Source of the DNA: Lingula anatina
Taxonomy: Eukaryota; Animalia; Brachiopoda
Direction of reading: 5' to 3'
Length of the DNA: 64,000 nucleotides
Assembly (NCBI GenBank): GCA_051362555.1
Contig: CM120640.1
Location: forward strand, 56,336,788-56,400,787
Part shown: positions 46,491-59,182 of the stretch, in pieces
Numbering within the stretch: position 1 is the stretch's first letter
Layout of the letters: every line of letters starts with the position of its first letter
Program-made: the position numbers and the translations under genes
The notes under the pieces: model-generated
What the model saw: only the letters and a program-made list of their open reading frames with translations
Database searches by the model: none
What the model was told of the DNA's origin: nothing

Positions 46491-49489
46491 TTTTTTTTTT
46501 TTTTTCTTTTTTTTTTTTTTTGCAAAACACTGAATATAAACTTTTTCTAGTTTTCAGGGTTTTAATTTTGGTCAAATTAAACAAAACCAGATCCTTACTA
46601 AGTCTATGTGCACGATCTCAAATCAATGTTAGTACATTTGTACTTCTTGATCAAATAACATGGTTTAAAAGATGCAAACATGCATATCCTGTTCAAGTCA
46701 TGAGACATCATCATAAAACTTTGATTCTCAATTTCTGATACAGAAAATCTGCAACTAGTTTTTTTCTTGTTATAATACATTTCAGATATACTATATAGCT
46801 TTAATCTCCCATCAAAGTGAACTATTGGACTTGATATACTGACAAAGACTGCAGGCGTGATAAACCATTTTCCCAGGAAAAACTTCATATAGTTTTCATG
46901 TCATAAAATTACTTTTGAAAAGGTTGTAGTGCATACATGCTTTGTTGATTACCAGCTCTCCTGATAGGCATTCAGTTGTCACATTCACATCCAGGCAAAC
47001 TGAAATCAGACTAAATATCATGAAAGCATTGGTTAATGAAATCAGCACAAAATGTCTCATCTCTAAGATTCAACCTATTTTATAGTGGGAAATAGAGCAC
47101 AGTTAACACAGCAAGATTAATTACTGTGATGAAATTCAGATCAATTAGTCTGGTGGGAAGGAGGGGTTCACGTGCAACCCCGTGAAAAACAGTGGATACC
47201 TATATTTTCTTAACCCTTGATGTCTAAATTTTTTATTTTTAGATGTTCCCAGAGTGAAAAAATGTCCCATGGGGTTTTAATTTAATGATATGTAACACCC
47301 TGTGGCTCAAATAACCACATTTGAAATAATGGGGGTAGAGGAAGAAAATTATCTATAATTTGCAATTTAAATAAGATATAAGAATGGTTTATATATCATT
47401 ATGTAGGTAAAGGGTTGCTCTAAAAACACAAGTAATAAAAGTTATGTAATACCAAACCATGTCAAAGTAAAATGGTGTCAAAGGTCAAATGAGGTCAAAT
47501 TTGAGACATTTTCAGAAAAATAAAGTAATAAAGTTTATCTGTATAGAGAATGTGAGCCAACAACATACTTTTAAGGGTATATTTCATAAATCCCATCTAT
47601 ATTACAAATGTTTAATGGTCTATTGTGACTTAGTTTTACAGTTTGTGAGAATTATGATGGATATGATTTGGTTATGGAATATCCGTTAAATTTCAGATCA
47701 GTGGGGGTAGGGGAAGAAAATCACTCATAACTTGAAATTTAAGTAAGATATAACAATGATTTATATATCATTGCATAGCTAAAGGCTTGTTCTAAAAACA
47801 TAAGTAATAAAAATTATGTAATGCTAAACGATAATGGAGTAAATGGGGTCAAAGGTCAAATGAGGTCAAATTTGAGAAATTTTCAGGAAAATAAGCCAAT
47901 ATAGTTTACTTATTTAAAGAATTAGAGCCCACAGTATATATTTGGAGTAAGTTGTGCAAATCCCATTTATATAGCAAATGTTTTATGATCTATTGAGACT
48001 TAATTTTACAGTTTGTGGAAATTATGATATATATGATTAACATATGGGTACGGACACTATCAGTTCAATTTCAGATCAATGGGGGTAGGGGAAGAAAATC
48101 ACCCATAACCTGAAATTTAAGTAATATATAACAATGATTTGTATATCATTGCATAGCTAAAGGGTTGCTCTAAACATAAAAGTAATAAAAAATTATGTAA
48201 TACTGAATTATCTCAAAGTAAAAGGGGGTCAAAGGTCAAATAAGGTCAAATTTGAGAAAATTTCAGAAAAATAAAGTAATATTTTATATAGAAAATGTGA
48301 GCTAAAAATATACTTTTTAGTGTATGTTTGGTAAATTCTATCTATATGACAATGCTTAATGGTCATTTATAACTTAATTTTACAGTTTGTGATAATTATG
48401 ATGGATATGATTAGCATATGGGAGTATCCGTTAAATTTCAGATCAGTGGGGGTAGGGGAAGAAAATCAATCATAACTTGAAATTTAAGTAAGATATAACA
48501 ATGATTTAAATATCATTGCATAGCTAAGGAGTTCCTCTAAACATATAAGTAATTAAAATTATGATATACTAAACAATTATGGAGTAAAATGGGGTCAAAG
48601 GTCAAATGAGGTCAAATTTAAGAAAATTTCAGGAAAATACGCCAATAAAGTTTGTTCCTTTAGAGGATAAGAGCCCACAGTATATATTTGGAGTAAGTTG
48701 TGCAAATCCCATTTATATAGCAAATGTTTATGGTCTATTGAGACTTAATTTTACATTTTGGAAGATTTATCAAATTGAATGATACAATAAAGGTTGGGGG
48801 GGGGGTCAGTTCAATTGCCAAAAATGGGGGTAGGGGAAGGAAATCATTATTAGTATAGGATTTGATTAAGATATGACATTGAGTTATATATCATTATGTT
48901 GCTGAAGGAGAGCTCTAAAACATCAAATAAATAATAAATAATAAAAGTTAAGTAACATTGAAACGTGACTGAGTTAAAAGTGGTCAACGGTCCAATAAGG
49001 TCAAAACTGAGTCATTTTCAAAATAGAATTTTCATTTAATCAGAAATTTTGAATGTAGAAAATGTTTCTTTAGAGTATGATTGGTAAATACAGTTTAAAT
49101 CTTAGTTCTTTAACAGGGTTTTGGGAATTCATTTTACAGCATTTAGATCTATGTCTGATACCAGTACTTCAGAAGTGTTCAGTTAAATTGCCATAAAGTG
49201 GGGGCGGGGAAAGGACATCACTCATAGGAGGTATTGTAAGTAAGGTATGACTGTGATTTGTATATCATAATATACCTGAAGGGTTGTTCTAAACATTTAA
49301 ATTGCAAATATTATGTAAAATTGAATGATGTCTGTGTAAAAAGGGGGCAACTGTCAAATGAGGTCTCATATTTGAAGCAGTCAAGTTTCTTTATTTAGAG
49401 AACATGAGTTCAACTTAGGATTTTTGAATATCTTTGATAAATTAAATTTTTGTTACAAAAATTTCATGGAGTTTAAATACTTTATTTTA

Positions 49490-49704
49490 GGCTGTATTCC
49501 CAGAGCTTTTAGATCGATCTATCCCCGCAGGGAGTCTCACTAGATTACTGTCAGATAATCCGGCTTATATGTCCGTCCCGCCTACTACAAACTGTAAAGG
49601 GGTAATTAACTTTCGTGTCCGCTCGGCTGACAGCTATTTAGCGTGAACCCCCAGGGAGTTAGGTCGATCTAAAGTAGATCGGTCTAATCTCTGGAAATGG
49701 GGTC
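49490..49704. mobile_element. Harbinger-like MITE nested in the foldback element
   Basis: TTA on both flanks; homologous to 30944-31501 minus its insert. Confidence 0.8.
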
Positions 49705-50082
49705 TTAGAGTCTCTGATTTATGAATGATACAACTTATTAGTATATGTACTGTAGGGGGATCTTAGTTCAATTGGCCACAAATGGGGGCAGCTAGGAGAA
49801 GGAAATCATTAATAGTAAGGGAATTAAGTAAGATATAACTATAGTTTATATATCATTGTGTTGCTGAATGGTCCCTCTAAACATTTAAGTAATGTAGGAG
49901 TATAATGTATATTTTGTTTTAAAAATAAATATCAAATGATATGGATTTTTCTCCCCTACCCCTGTTTTTTTTCGACAATTGAATTAAACCCATCTGCAGT
50001 GCTTGTATAGGTTTTATATCTCACCTACTGTAAAATAAACTCTCATACCCCCATCAAATCATTGTAATACATATGAACTTAA

Positions 50083-50086
<4 letters not shown>

Positions 50087-50143
<57 letters not shown>
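50087..50143. repeat. (TA)n microsatellite
   Basis: About 28 TA copies. Confidence 0.95.
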
Positions 50144-50145
<2 letters not shown>

Positions 50146-50764
50146 TAGTCTACAAATCATATTCTTCTCTGTAAAATTTCACTGCTATATTTAATTTGTT
50201 TTCTTACAAATGCCTCAAAGTTGACCTCATTTAGCATTTGATCCCATTTTATGAACACATATGGTTTACTTTTACAAAAAATGTGTTATTTACATGTTAT
50301 GAGCAACATTTTGGCTGCACAGTGATATATCTAAGGTAAATCTTAATTAAATTCCCTGCTTTGAAGGGTGTCCTTTCGATTCCCTGTCTCCATTTTTTAT
50401 GCAATTGAACTGATCCCATCTGCAGTACTCACTTATTGTAAAAAATCCAAATATTCCATCAAGTCCTTGTAATAGGGATGGACATGTGTCTAAAAAACAT
50501 ATTTTAAGTTCAAGTCAAGTATAAATAATATAAATTTTATTGGTTTACATTCCTAGAAATGCCTACAAATTTACCTAGTTTGATCTTGGACCCCATTAAG
50601 CCTCACCATGTCTCAATTTTATATAACATTTATTTCTGATATATTTTGAACAACCCTTCAGCTTCAGAATGATATATAAATCATAGCTACATCTTACTTA
50701 AATTTCCCTACTATGAACAGATTTTTTCCCTAGCCCCAATTTTTGGCAATTATGCTGAACCCCT

Positions 50765-50941
50765 CAGGGCTTGACACTAACTTTTTTCGATACTGGCCCG
50801 AAATATTGGTAAATATTGCAAGGATGATTTGACACATGACATTTTACTTGCTCTTTGGGCCAGTGACCCCAGCGTTTTAATGGCCCCAGGTTGGTTTTCA
50901 GTGGCCCAGGGCCAGTGGGCCACCCTTAATGTCAAGCCCTG
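50765..50941. mobile_element. 177-bp hAT-like MITE nested in the foldback element
   Basis: TIR CAGGGCTTGACAYTAA; CCCCT directly repeated on both flanks. Confidence 0.8.
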
Positions 50942-53354
50942 CCCCTCTGCTGTAAGAATTGCATTTTAAATTTAACAAACTTTAAAATAAATTCCCATGA
51001 AATAATTGAAACAGACAACTTACCCTAAAGAAACATAGTTCTATGTAAAATAATTAGCTTTATTGTTTTTTTTTCAGAAAATGTCTCAAATTTGACCTCT
51101 ATTCTACTTTCCTGATGATGTCTCAATTTTGACCTTATTTAACATTTGATCTCTTTTAACTTAGCCATGATTCAATGTTGCACAACTTTTATTGCTTAAA
51201 TGTTTAGAGCTCTCTTTTATCAACACAGTGATATATAATCAATGTCATATCTTAAATAAATCCTATAATATTAATGATTTTCTTTCCCCTACCCCCATTT
51301 TCGGCAATTGAACTACACCCCCCACCATATTGATAAATCTCAGAAAATGTAAAATTAAGTCTCAAAAGATTATAAAACATTTGCTATAAAGATGGGATTT
51401 GCACAACATACTCCAAAAGTATACTGTGGGCTCTGACCCTCTAAATAAATAAATTTATTGCTTTATTTTTCTGAAAATTCCTCAAATTTGACCTTATTTG
51501 ACCTTTGACCCCATTTTACTCCATAATTGTTTAATATTACATAATTTTAATTACTTATATGTTTAGAGGAACTCCTTAGCTATGCAATGATATTTGAATC
51601 ATTGTTATATCTTACTTAAATTTTAAGTTATGATTGATTTTCTTCCCCTACCCCCACTGATCTGAAACTTAACTGATACTCCCATTCGCTAATCATATCC
51701 ATCATAATTATCACAAAATGTAAAATTAAGTTACAAATAACCATTAAGCATTGTCATATAGATAGGATTTACCAAACATACACTAGAAAGTATATTGTTA
51801 GCTCACATTCTCTATACAGATAAACTTTATTGCTTTATTTTTCTGAAAATTTCTCAAATTTGACCTCATTTGACCTTATTTGACCCCCTTTTACTTTGAG
51901 ATGGTTCAGTATTACATAACTTTTATTACTTTTATGTTAAGAGCAATGCTTTAGATATGCAATGATATACAAATCATTGTTATATATAACTTAAATTTTA
52001 GGTTATGGGTGATTTTCTTCCCCTACCCCCATTGTTCTGAAATTGAACTGATAGTGTCAGTACCCATATGTTAATCAAACCTATCCTAATCCATTATAAT
52101 TTCCACAAACTGTAAAATTAAATACCAATAGACCATTTTGCATTTGCTGAATTGATGGAACTTACACAAAATACTCTAAAATTTACTGTGGGCTCTAATC
52201 CTCTAAATAAGTAAACTATATTGGCTTATTTTCCTGAAAATTTCTCAAATTTGACCTCATTTGACCTTTAACCCCATTTACTCCATTATGGTTTAGCATT
52301 ACATAATTTTTATTACTTATGTTTTTAGAACAAGCCTTTAGCTATGCAATGACATATAAATCATTATTATATCTTACTTAAATTTCAAGTAATGAGTGAT
52401 TTTCTTCCCCTACCCCACTGATCTGAAATTTAAATGATACTCCCATACGCTAATCATATCCATCATAATTCTCACAAACTGTAAAACTAAGTCACAAATG
52501 ACCATTAAACATTTGTAATATAGATGAGATTTATCAAATATACCCTTAAAAGTATGTTATTGGCTCACATTCTCTATACAGATAAACTTTATTGCTTTAT
52601 TTTTCTGAAAATTTCTCAAATTTGACCTCATTTGACCTTTGACACCATTTTACTTTGACATGGTTCAGTATTACATAACTTTTATTACTTGTGTTTTTAG
52701 AGCAACCCTTTACCTACATAATGATATATAAACCATTCTTATATCTTATTTAAATTGCAAATTATAGATAATTTTCTTCCTCTACCCCCATTATTTCAAA
52801 TGTGGTTATTTGAGCCACAGGGTGTTACATATCATTAAATTAAAACCCCATGGGACATTTTTTCACTCTGGGAACATCTAAAAATAAAAAATTTAGACAT
52901 CAAGGGTTAAGAAAATATAGGTATCCACTGTTTTTCACGGGGTTGCACGTGAACCCCTCCTTCCCACCAGACTAAATCCTGATGTTCTCTTTTGAGTTTC
53001 ATAGCATCAGACCAGACAACTTCACTGGAATGCATGCACACTTACTTTTACAAATTTTACAGGAGAGTACATTATCAGCTCACTGGAGTGGTTGAATTCT
53101 GTGGTTGGAGCCAACATCCTGTATTTGTTACTTACTAAATGACTTTTCAATTTCTAAATGAAAACTACATTTGAAAACAGGGTGCCAGTATGAATGATCT
53201 CCACAAACTGTGCATAAATTTCATTTGATTTCTTTTATGAAACAGAAAACCTCTTTCCATAGCTCTCTTCATTTTTCTGTAAAATAATAATTGTTTATCC
53301 TTATGCAAACTGCCTTATCTAAGGCCATGTTTGGTCTGTTATTAATTCATAAAA

Positions 53355-53602
53355 CAGGGGCGGATCCAGGAATATTTGAAGGAACGACAGGCCTCAATTG
53401 TGCAGCCGACCGTCGCCCCCTGGGTGTGGGATTCAGGGCTGGTTCAAGGGCCCCGAAATTTTTTTGGTGTTTTAAGAGAGCAAATAGTGCCCTTTGGTAT
53501 AGCTTAGAACTATGATTTAGCTAGTCAAAATTTTAATTTCAAGAGGGGAATATTGGTGTGATATATTTTTCAGAAACCGAAGGGGGTGTCAGGACCCCCT
53601 GG
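53355..53602. mobile_element. Degenerate GC-rich hAT-like MITE fragment
   Basis: Begins CAGGGGCGGATCCAGG, a common MITE terminus. Right end is eroded and no target duplication was seen. Confidence 0.45.
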
Positions 53603-56449
53603 TTATTAAATAAGACCACAACTGTCCTTTTGGAGACGACCTGACCTTTTGGGGGTAAAAAACACCTGTTCAGTGTAGTTGAAAGTTAACTTCCAGTAGG
53701 GAGCCATTTAAACATCAGTGTTGAAGTATCAAATGAGTTTGAGGAAGAAAACTTTAGTTCAGTTGGAGGCAAACCAGCTGAATTGTGCATGCAAGCTAAA
53801 AAAGACTGCTACTTCAGTTTACAGTTTTTCACTGAATTTTTTAAAAAGACATGAAGCATGGGGGCAGCCTTAACTGACTAAATATCAATCAATCTATCCA
53901 TTCTGTTCATCATTTGATATTGTTTATGAATCTCTTACTCCTAAGGATAAAGAAGATATGGTATAGTATAAAAGCATTCAACTGCATGAATTATCCACTG
54001 AGTACATTCATAAATAGCATATACCCTCTGAGAGTTGACAGTTAATGGACATTCTATATTTTTGAACAAGTTTAATGCACATCAGTAAAATATGATCCTT
54101 CACCAAAACTTCAGGATACAATTACCATGTCCAGACACTGTATACCGACTGTACATGTATATTATACTAAGCCTTCAATTATCAGAGAAAAAAGGAAATT
54201 GCGCATTAAATTACATTTGCTGAACTTGGATCTGTTTTCAATTTGCAATTAAGAAACTGTTTTCTCTCCTTTTTGTATATAGAAGACTTAAAAATAAATA
54301 CTAATATAAAACAAAGTAGCAAAGCTATCAAATGGACAGACATAAAAATGATAAATCTGACAGAAGCATGTGCAGTAACAGTAAACCTGAATGTTACTGT
54401 CTAAATAATGGAGAATGTGCAGAAATAAACTTGCCAAGCAAAAATGTTGATTGGTATTAAACGGTAAATAATTCAATTGGAAAATTACATCATCTTCAAA
54501 GTTCATGAAAACTGCACTATGATATGGTGGTGGTGAAAGAAGGGGTGGAAGTACGAATGTATACCATCCACACTTGCTCACATATGAGTGGGACTACATT
54601 ATCAAATTGATCCGAATCTTGTTAATAAGCAAAGGTAAGCCAAATGAAATTAACCAAAAAGCTATTTTAAAAATATGTTAAACCTTCATTTTTGAATGCA
54701 ACAATAATACCTTTTATTGAATTCTGCTATCAGGTTCCTGGGACATACAACTCCAGCTTAATTGCTGCAAGCTAGTATTACAAATGTAAATAATGAAATT
54801 TAAAGTTACATTTTAATGATAAAATTTTTAAATAGCAATAAAAGAAAATACCTCCATAGCACAATCTACTAGGATCAAGTTTATGGAAGTTCCATATGTC
54901 TAACACATGCACCATTAAATGATTTGTTTAAATATAAACTAGAATAAATTTCAGATCTCCAGGGAAAGCTTTCTCCTTTTTGTTCTTTGACTTAATTCAA
55001 GGGTTCAAGACCCCTAAAGCAATCAGCGAATAATGAAATTCAATTATTCATAATCTTCCCATAATAACATTTTTTATCTCAAGGGGTCTCTTATCTTTTC
55101 ACTTAAACCTCCAAATGGGATTAACTGCATAATAAGGTAAAGCACTCCACACATTTCATGAGGCATAGATGAACTATTTTACACAGTGACGGAAACTGAA
55201 ACATTAGTGGTTTTCATCAGAACAATCTCCTTACCTTATCAATTTGCATAAAAATGTAAGAAAATGCACAACCAATATGTCATGACTTGCAATAATAGAT
55301 AAAACTGTTTTCTCCTGGCCTTTAATTGTCCGTATAAAGGACATTTAAAAACCATTTGTGCCCTATCAACTGCTCCACATCAAGAAAGACAAAAATCAGA
55401 AAGTCCTTTGACATTTCACTCTTAGAAAGGAACTCGCTTTCAGTGTTTCCATGAAAATCACTCTTTCAGGATGCAGGTGACATTTACTTAAGGAATGTAA
55501 TGAATAAAGTTCACAGTGATATGCACTCACTGCAACTTTTATGCAAATACTTAGTAGCAGATATTTACAAACGATTAACAAGATAATTATTTATCATACT
55601 TATACAAGTATATAATGAAAATTCATGCGATATGTTGATAAATCAATATAATGAATTTAATTGTGCTAATTAAAAAGTTGTGTTGCCGTTGGATAAAAAC
55701 TGGTTTTGCTCCATGTAAAGGTTGCTGTTGTTGTGGCATTGATGAGACAGGCATGTACAAACTATTCACTGGATGTCCAACTAGACAGTGAAGCTGAGAA
55801 ATATACAGACACCAGGCAGAAAAAAACCATCCTCATTGCTCCATTTTAATATAAACAGGCGAAAATCCAGAAAACATTCACGGGTTAATTTCATACAATT
55901 TTGCAAAAACACATTTAAAAAAGTTCCAATAACTTCCATAAATATGATCTGATCATGCTGATTTTTTAACTTAACCTACCTTTTTATCAAATAATGCCCC
56001 CTAATAAATTTGAAGTAGAATTATGAATTCAGTTTGGCAGTCATTATGGTGAATATGGTGAGAAGGTGGCAAAAATGATACATGTACATAAGACTATGAT
56101 GACACATACCGAAATAGGTAACCAAAATGTACATGTACAGACACTGTGAGAGCTATCTATCTATCTATCTATCTATCAATATCCTCTTGTTTCCAAAGTA
56201 CTCGTATAATCACCAGCTTTTCTGTATTCTTACTCAGTCAGGAAGTGGAATGTTAATCTGTTTAATTGACTGCATTCAGCAAGAGTCCCCGTGGACTTGG
56301 ATCGATCTACATAGACCAGGTTTCTTAATATGAAAATAATATTAATTGAAAATTTCCACCCATTCAGTTACAGCAACTCCCACTATCTTTATTCAGACAC
56401 AAATAGAACTCTTCATGTCAGTCAAACATATGCCAACATATAAATTGAG

Positions 56450-57550
56450 GTTCACTGCAAAATAATAATTTTTATTAAATTGAAATTTATGTTATATCAT
56501 CTTCACAGGAAATTCACAGCCAACCATGCCTATGTAATAGACCTCAAACAGCCATTCAAGTTGTTCACCATGGCATTAAGGCAGATCCGTCCCAGCAGGG
56601 AGCCCTTGAGAATAAACAGACTGAGGATTCAATTTAATGCACTTACGTCTATGCTCAGATGTTACAAAGAAGTAAGAACAACAACCATATTTTTCATGCT
56701 AAAGGAAAACACCAGGGGTTAACCAACAGCTATAATAAATATGTTTTTTATTGCTTTTTATGTCAAAGAAGCTAAAACATTTAGGATCAACTAAGTTCAA
56801 TTTTATTATCTCTCTTACATTTAAGTAATTTTGGCAACTTCTAACAAGTTATTTAAGAGGAATTTGAATGGAATACATAATGAGTTGTGGGACATTTGGC
56901 ACAACACCACCAAAGTCATGGTGATTAAATTGTATTTGAGTAAAAGCTAGATTCTGATTGTGTGTTGGAGGACCTTAAATATCTCACTAGTCAATCCTTG
57001 AGGGCAAACAGATCCCAAAAGGAGTGCATGTTTTTGTCAATTAACAATTATTTTAATACCTACATAAAATCTGCTAATACTTCCAATCAGTTAACCAAAC
57101 TCTCTGCAGCACATTCACTTATTTCTTGAATATTCCATAACTCCAGGGTAAAGAGCCATCATTGTAACAAACACAAGGAAGATTAGAAGTTTGTCTTTGG
57201 GTTAGGTATTATTCACTGATTGCATGACTTCTGAAGTTTATATCCTATCAAACTTATCAAAAAATTATTTATCATAGGAAAAATACCCACTTTGACAGTA
57301 TTACCTTATAAAATCATTAAGCTTGAACAACTGAGTAATATGTCTTCATCAGTTTTTTTCATTTTTTTATTGTTTCAATTCACTGTTCTAGGGCATGCTG
57401 CCAATATGATGTCAGACCATCTGCTTCCAATCATGTTTGAAAGAAAATTATATAGTTTCGATTCTTCCATAAGACTATAACTTCCACCAAACAGACTGCA
57501 AAAGAATCATTTGAGCCTAAACAACTTGAATAGAAAATAGAAAGACTAAA
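56450..57550 (+). mobile_element. Highly decayed non-LTR retrotransposon remnant (possibly I/Nimb group)
   Basis: Broken-frame peptide relics VKEAKTF (56762) and KLY...KLDSDCV (~56930-56965) resemble post-RT LINE motifs VKEAKFLG and RSKLDYGC. Many stops. Confidence 0.4.
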
Positions 57551-59144
57551 AATAAATTCCATTTTAAAACCTCAGCTTTTTCAAATTAATTCCATTAATT
57601 AAGATACCTAAATATCTAAAAAATATCATTATAATATATAATTAGGCTTTCTTTGAGTAAAGATGGGATTAATACTTTGAAACATATCAGTTACTGAGTT
57701 ATGTATTTTCATCACACCACAAATGTCTTAAGTAGTGGTTTCCCGCAACTAATTGTCACCATGGGTGTCAGGTCTTCTCCACCAGAGGCCAGCTGGGTGA
57801 TGATGAACTTGCTATGCAAAAACCCTCACACAAAAAAAGAAATGTGCTCAGTTAATGAGAAATATCTATGAATATCTACCAGTAGTAAGTTATTTGTGAA
57901 ATGATGGTACCCTCTACCTTCAATATTTGTGTTGGTTTTTGTGGGTCCTGAAACCTTAATGTTGCAGCACAGTAGCTGGGGACAAAGTAATATTTACATT
58001 GTACTCCCTGGAGAACTGAGCCGTGCCTCTATGTTAGTAGCATGATAGTGGAATGTATTTATTACCCCTCCCCTACACCCACCCCTCAGTAATAACAACA
58101 ATAAATAGTATTCAACATAACACTTCAATTAACATTTCACTTATAATTTGGAAGATCACTTAAGACTTTAAAAAATGATCATAAAATATTGTTCGTTGAC
58201 AAAACTTCACTCTCTGAACCCCGATGAAATCTATTTATTTATTTAAGTCCAAAACCAATAATATAAATTCCTCTTTAAGCTTCTGACATGAACCTGAAGA
58301 AAAATCATTGATGATACAATGTAGCATAAGTTTACTCTCAGGTAGTAGAACCTAGCTTGAAAATGCCAATGCACGTATAAGTAATGAAGAACATATTTTC
58401 TTGTATTGTAATCATCACATCGTAACAATTTCTCCATCTTTTCCTGGCAACATCCCACCCAGTAGGATGATGTGCAAATAGCTAGCACTGTGGATTCTAA
58501 AGCTGGTCTTCCTGCATGAGGATGACATTTATCAAAAAAATCAATTTCTTTTCAGTACAACTAAGTTTGATCAATTAACCAGCAGTCATATATATTTTTA
58601 CACTATTCAAAATATAAAAAGATTCCAATAAGAAGGGAAATGAAGAAAGAGGAAAACCATCAGTCAAACATGTTATAATTAACTTACTCTTGATGTAAGA
58701 GAGCTCAGCTAGTGTACAACAGCAATAAGAGAAAGTAAAACCGGAAACAATCACAATGATCCGTTGAGTAATGCAAACTATTTAAACATGCAACTTTCTT
58801 TCCCAGTGGAGATCAGCAAGAGTTCTTTTTGGCTTTTGAAATAGAACTTGGTGGTGTCTTTGCCCTTGGGATAAATCAATCCCAGTAATAGTGGTCTCTT
58901 GGGATAGTTAGGGTCTCAAGGTAGCAGATGTATTAAAAAGAGTTGTAACAGTTTGGTACATCCTACTAACCCAGTGACCAACCTATTCAATTATTGTGTA
59001 CTACTAATTTTTGGCAATGCCCTCCAACTTCAGGTGTGTTATTCTTTTGTTAGAAATCTGTTGATTGGTGTTTTATCAACAGATTTGCACAACTACCTAC
59101 CCAAATAATCTGAAATATTTTTTCATATTTTTATTCATTATATA

Positions 59145-59146
<2 letters not shown>

Positions 59147-59180
<34 letters not shown>
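59147..59180. repeat. (GT)n microsatellite within a degenerate ~310-bp tandem duplication (~59100-59600)
   Basis: GT run. The flanking TATTTTTTCATATTTTTATTCA...TGCAAATCAAATAA...AAATGTAGGAAT recurs at ~59435-59600. Confidence 0.75.

Positions 59181-59182
<2 letters not shown>

Larger units (their letters stand above)
47146..52974. mobile_element. 5.8-kb non-autonomous foldback transposon, Academ-like
   Basis: Termini TAGTCTGGTGGGAAGG / CCTTCCCACCAGACTA with a 3-bp AAT duplication (47143-47145, 52975-52977). Inverted arms of at least 1.8 kb built from ~372-bp tandem units. No ORF. Confidence 0.88.
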
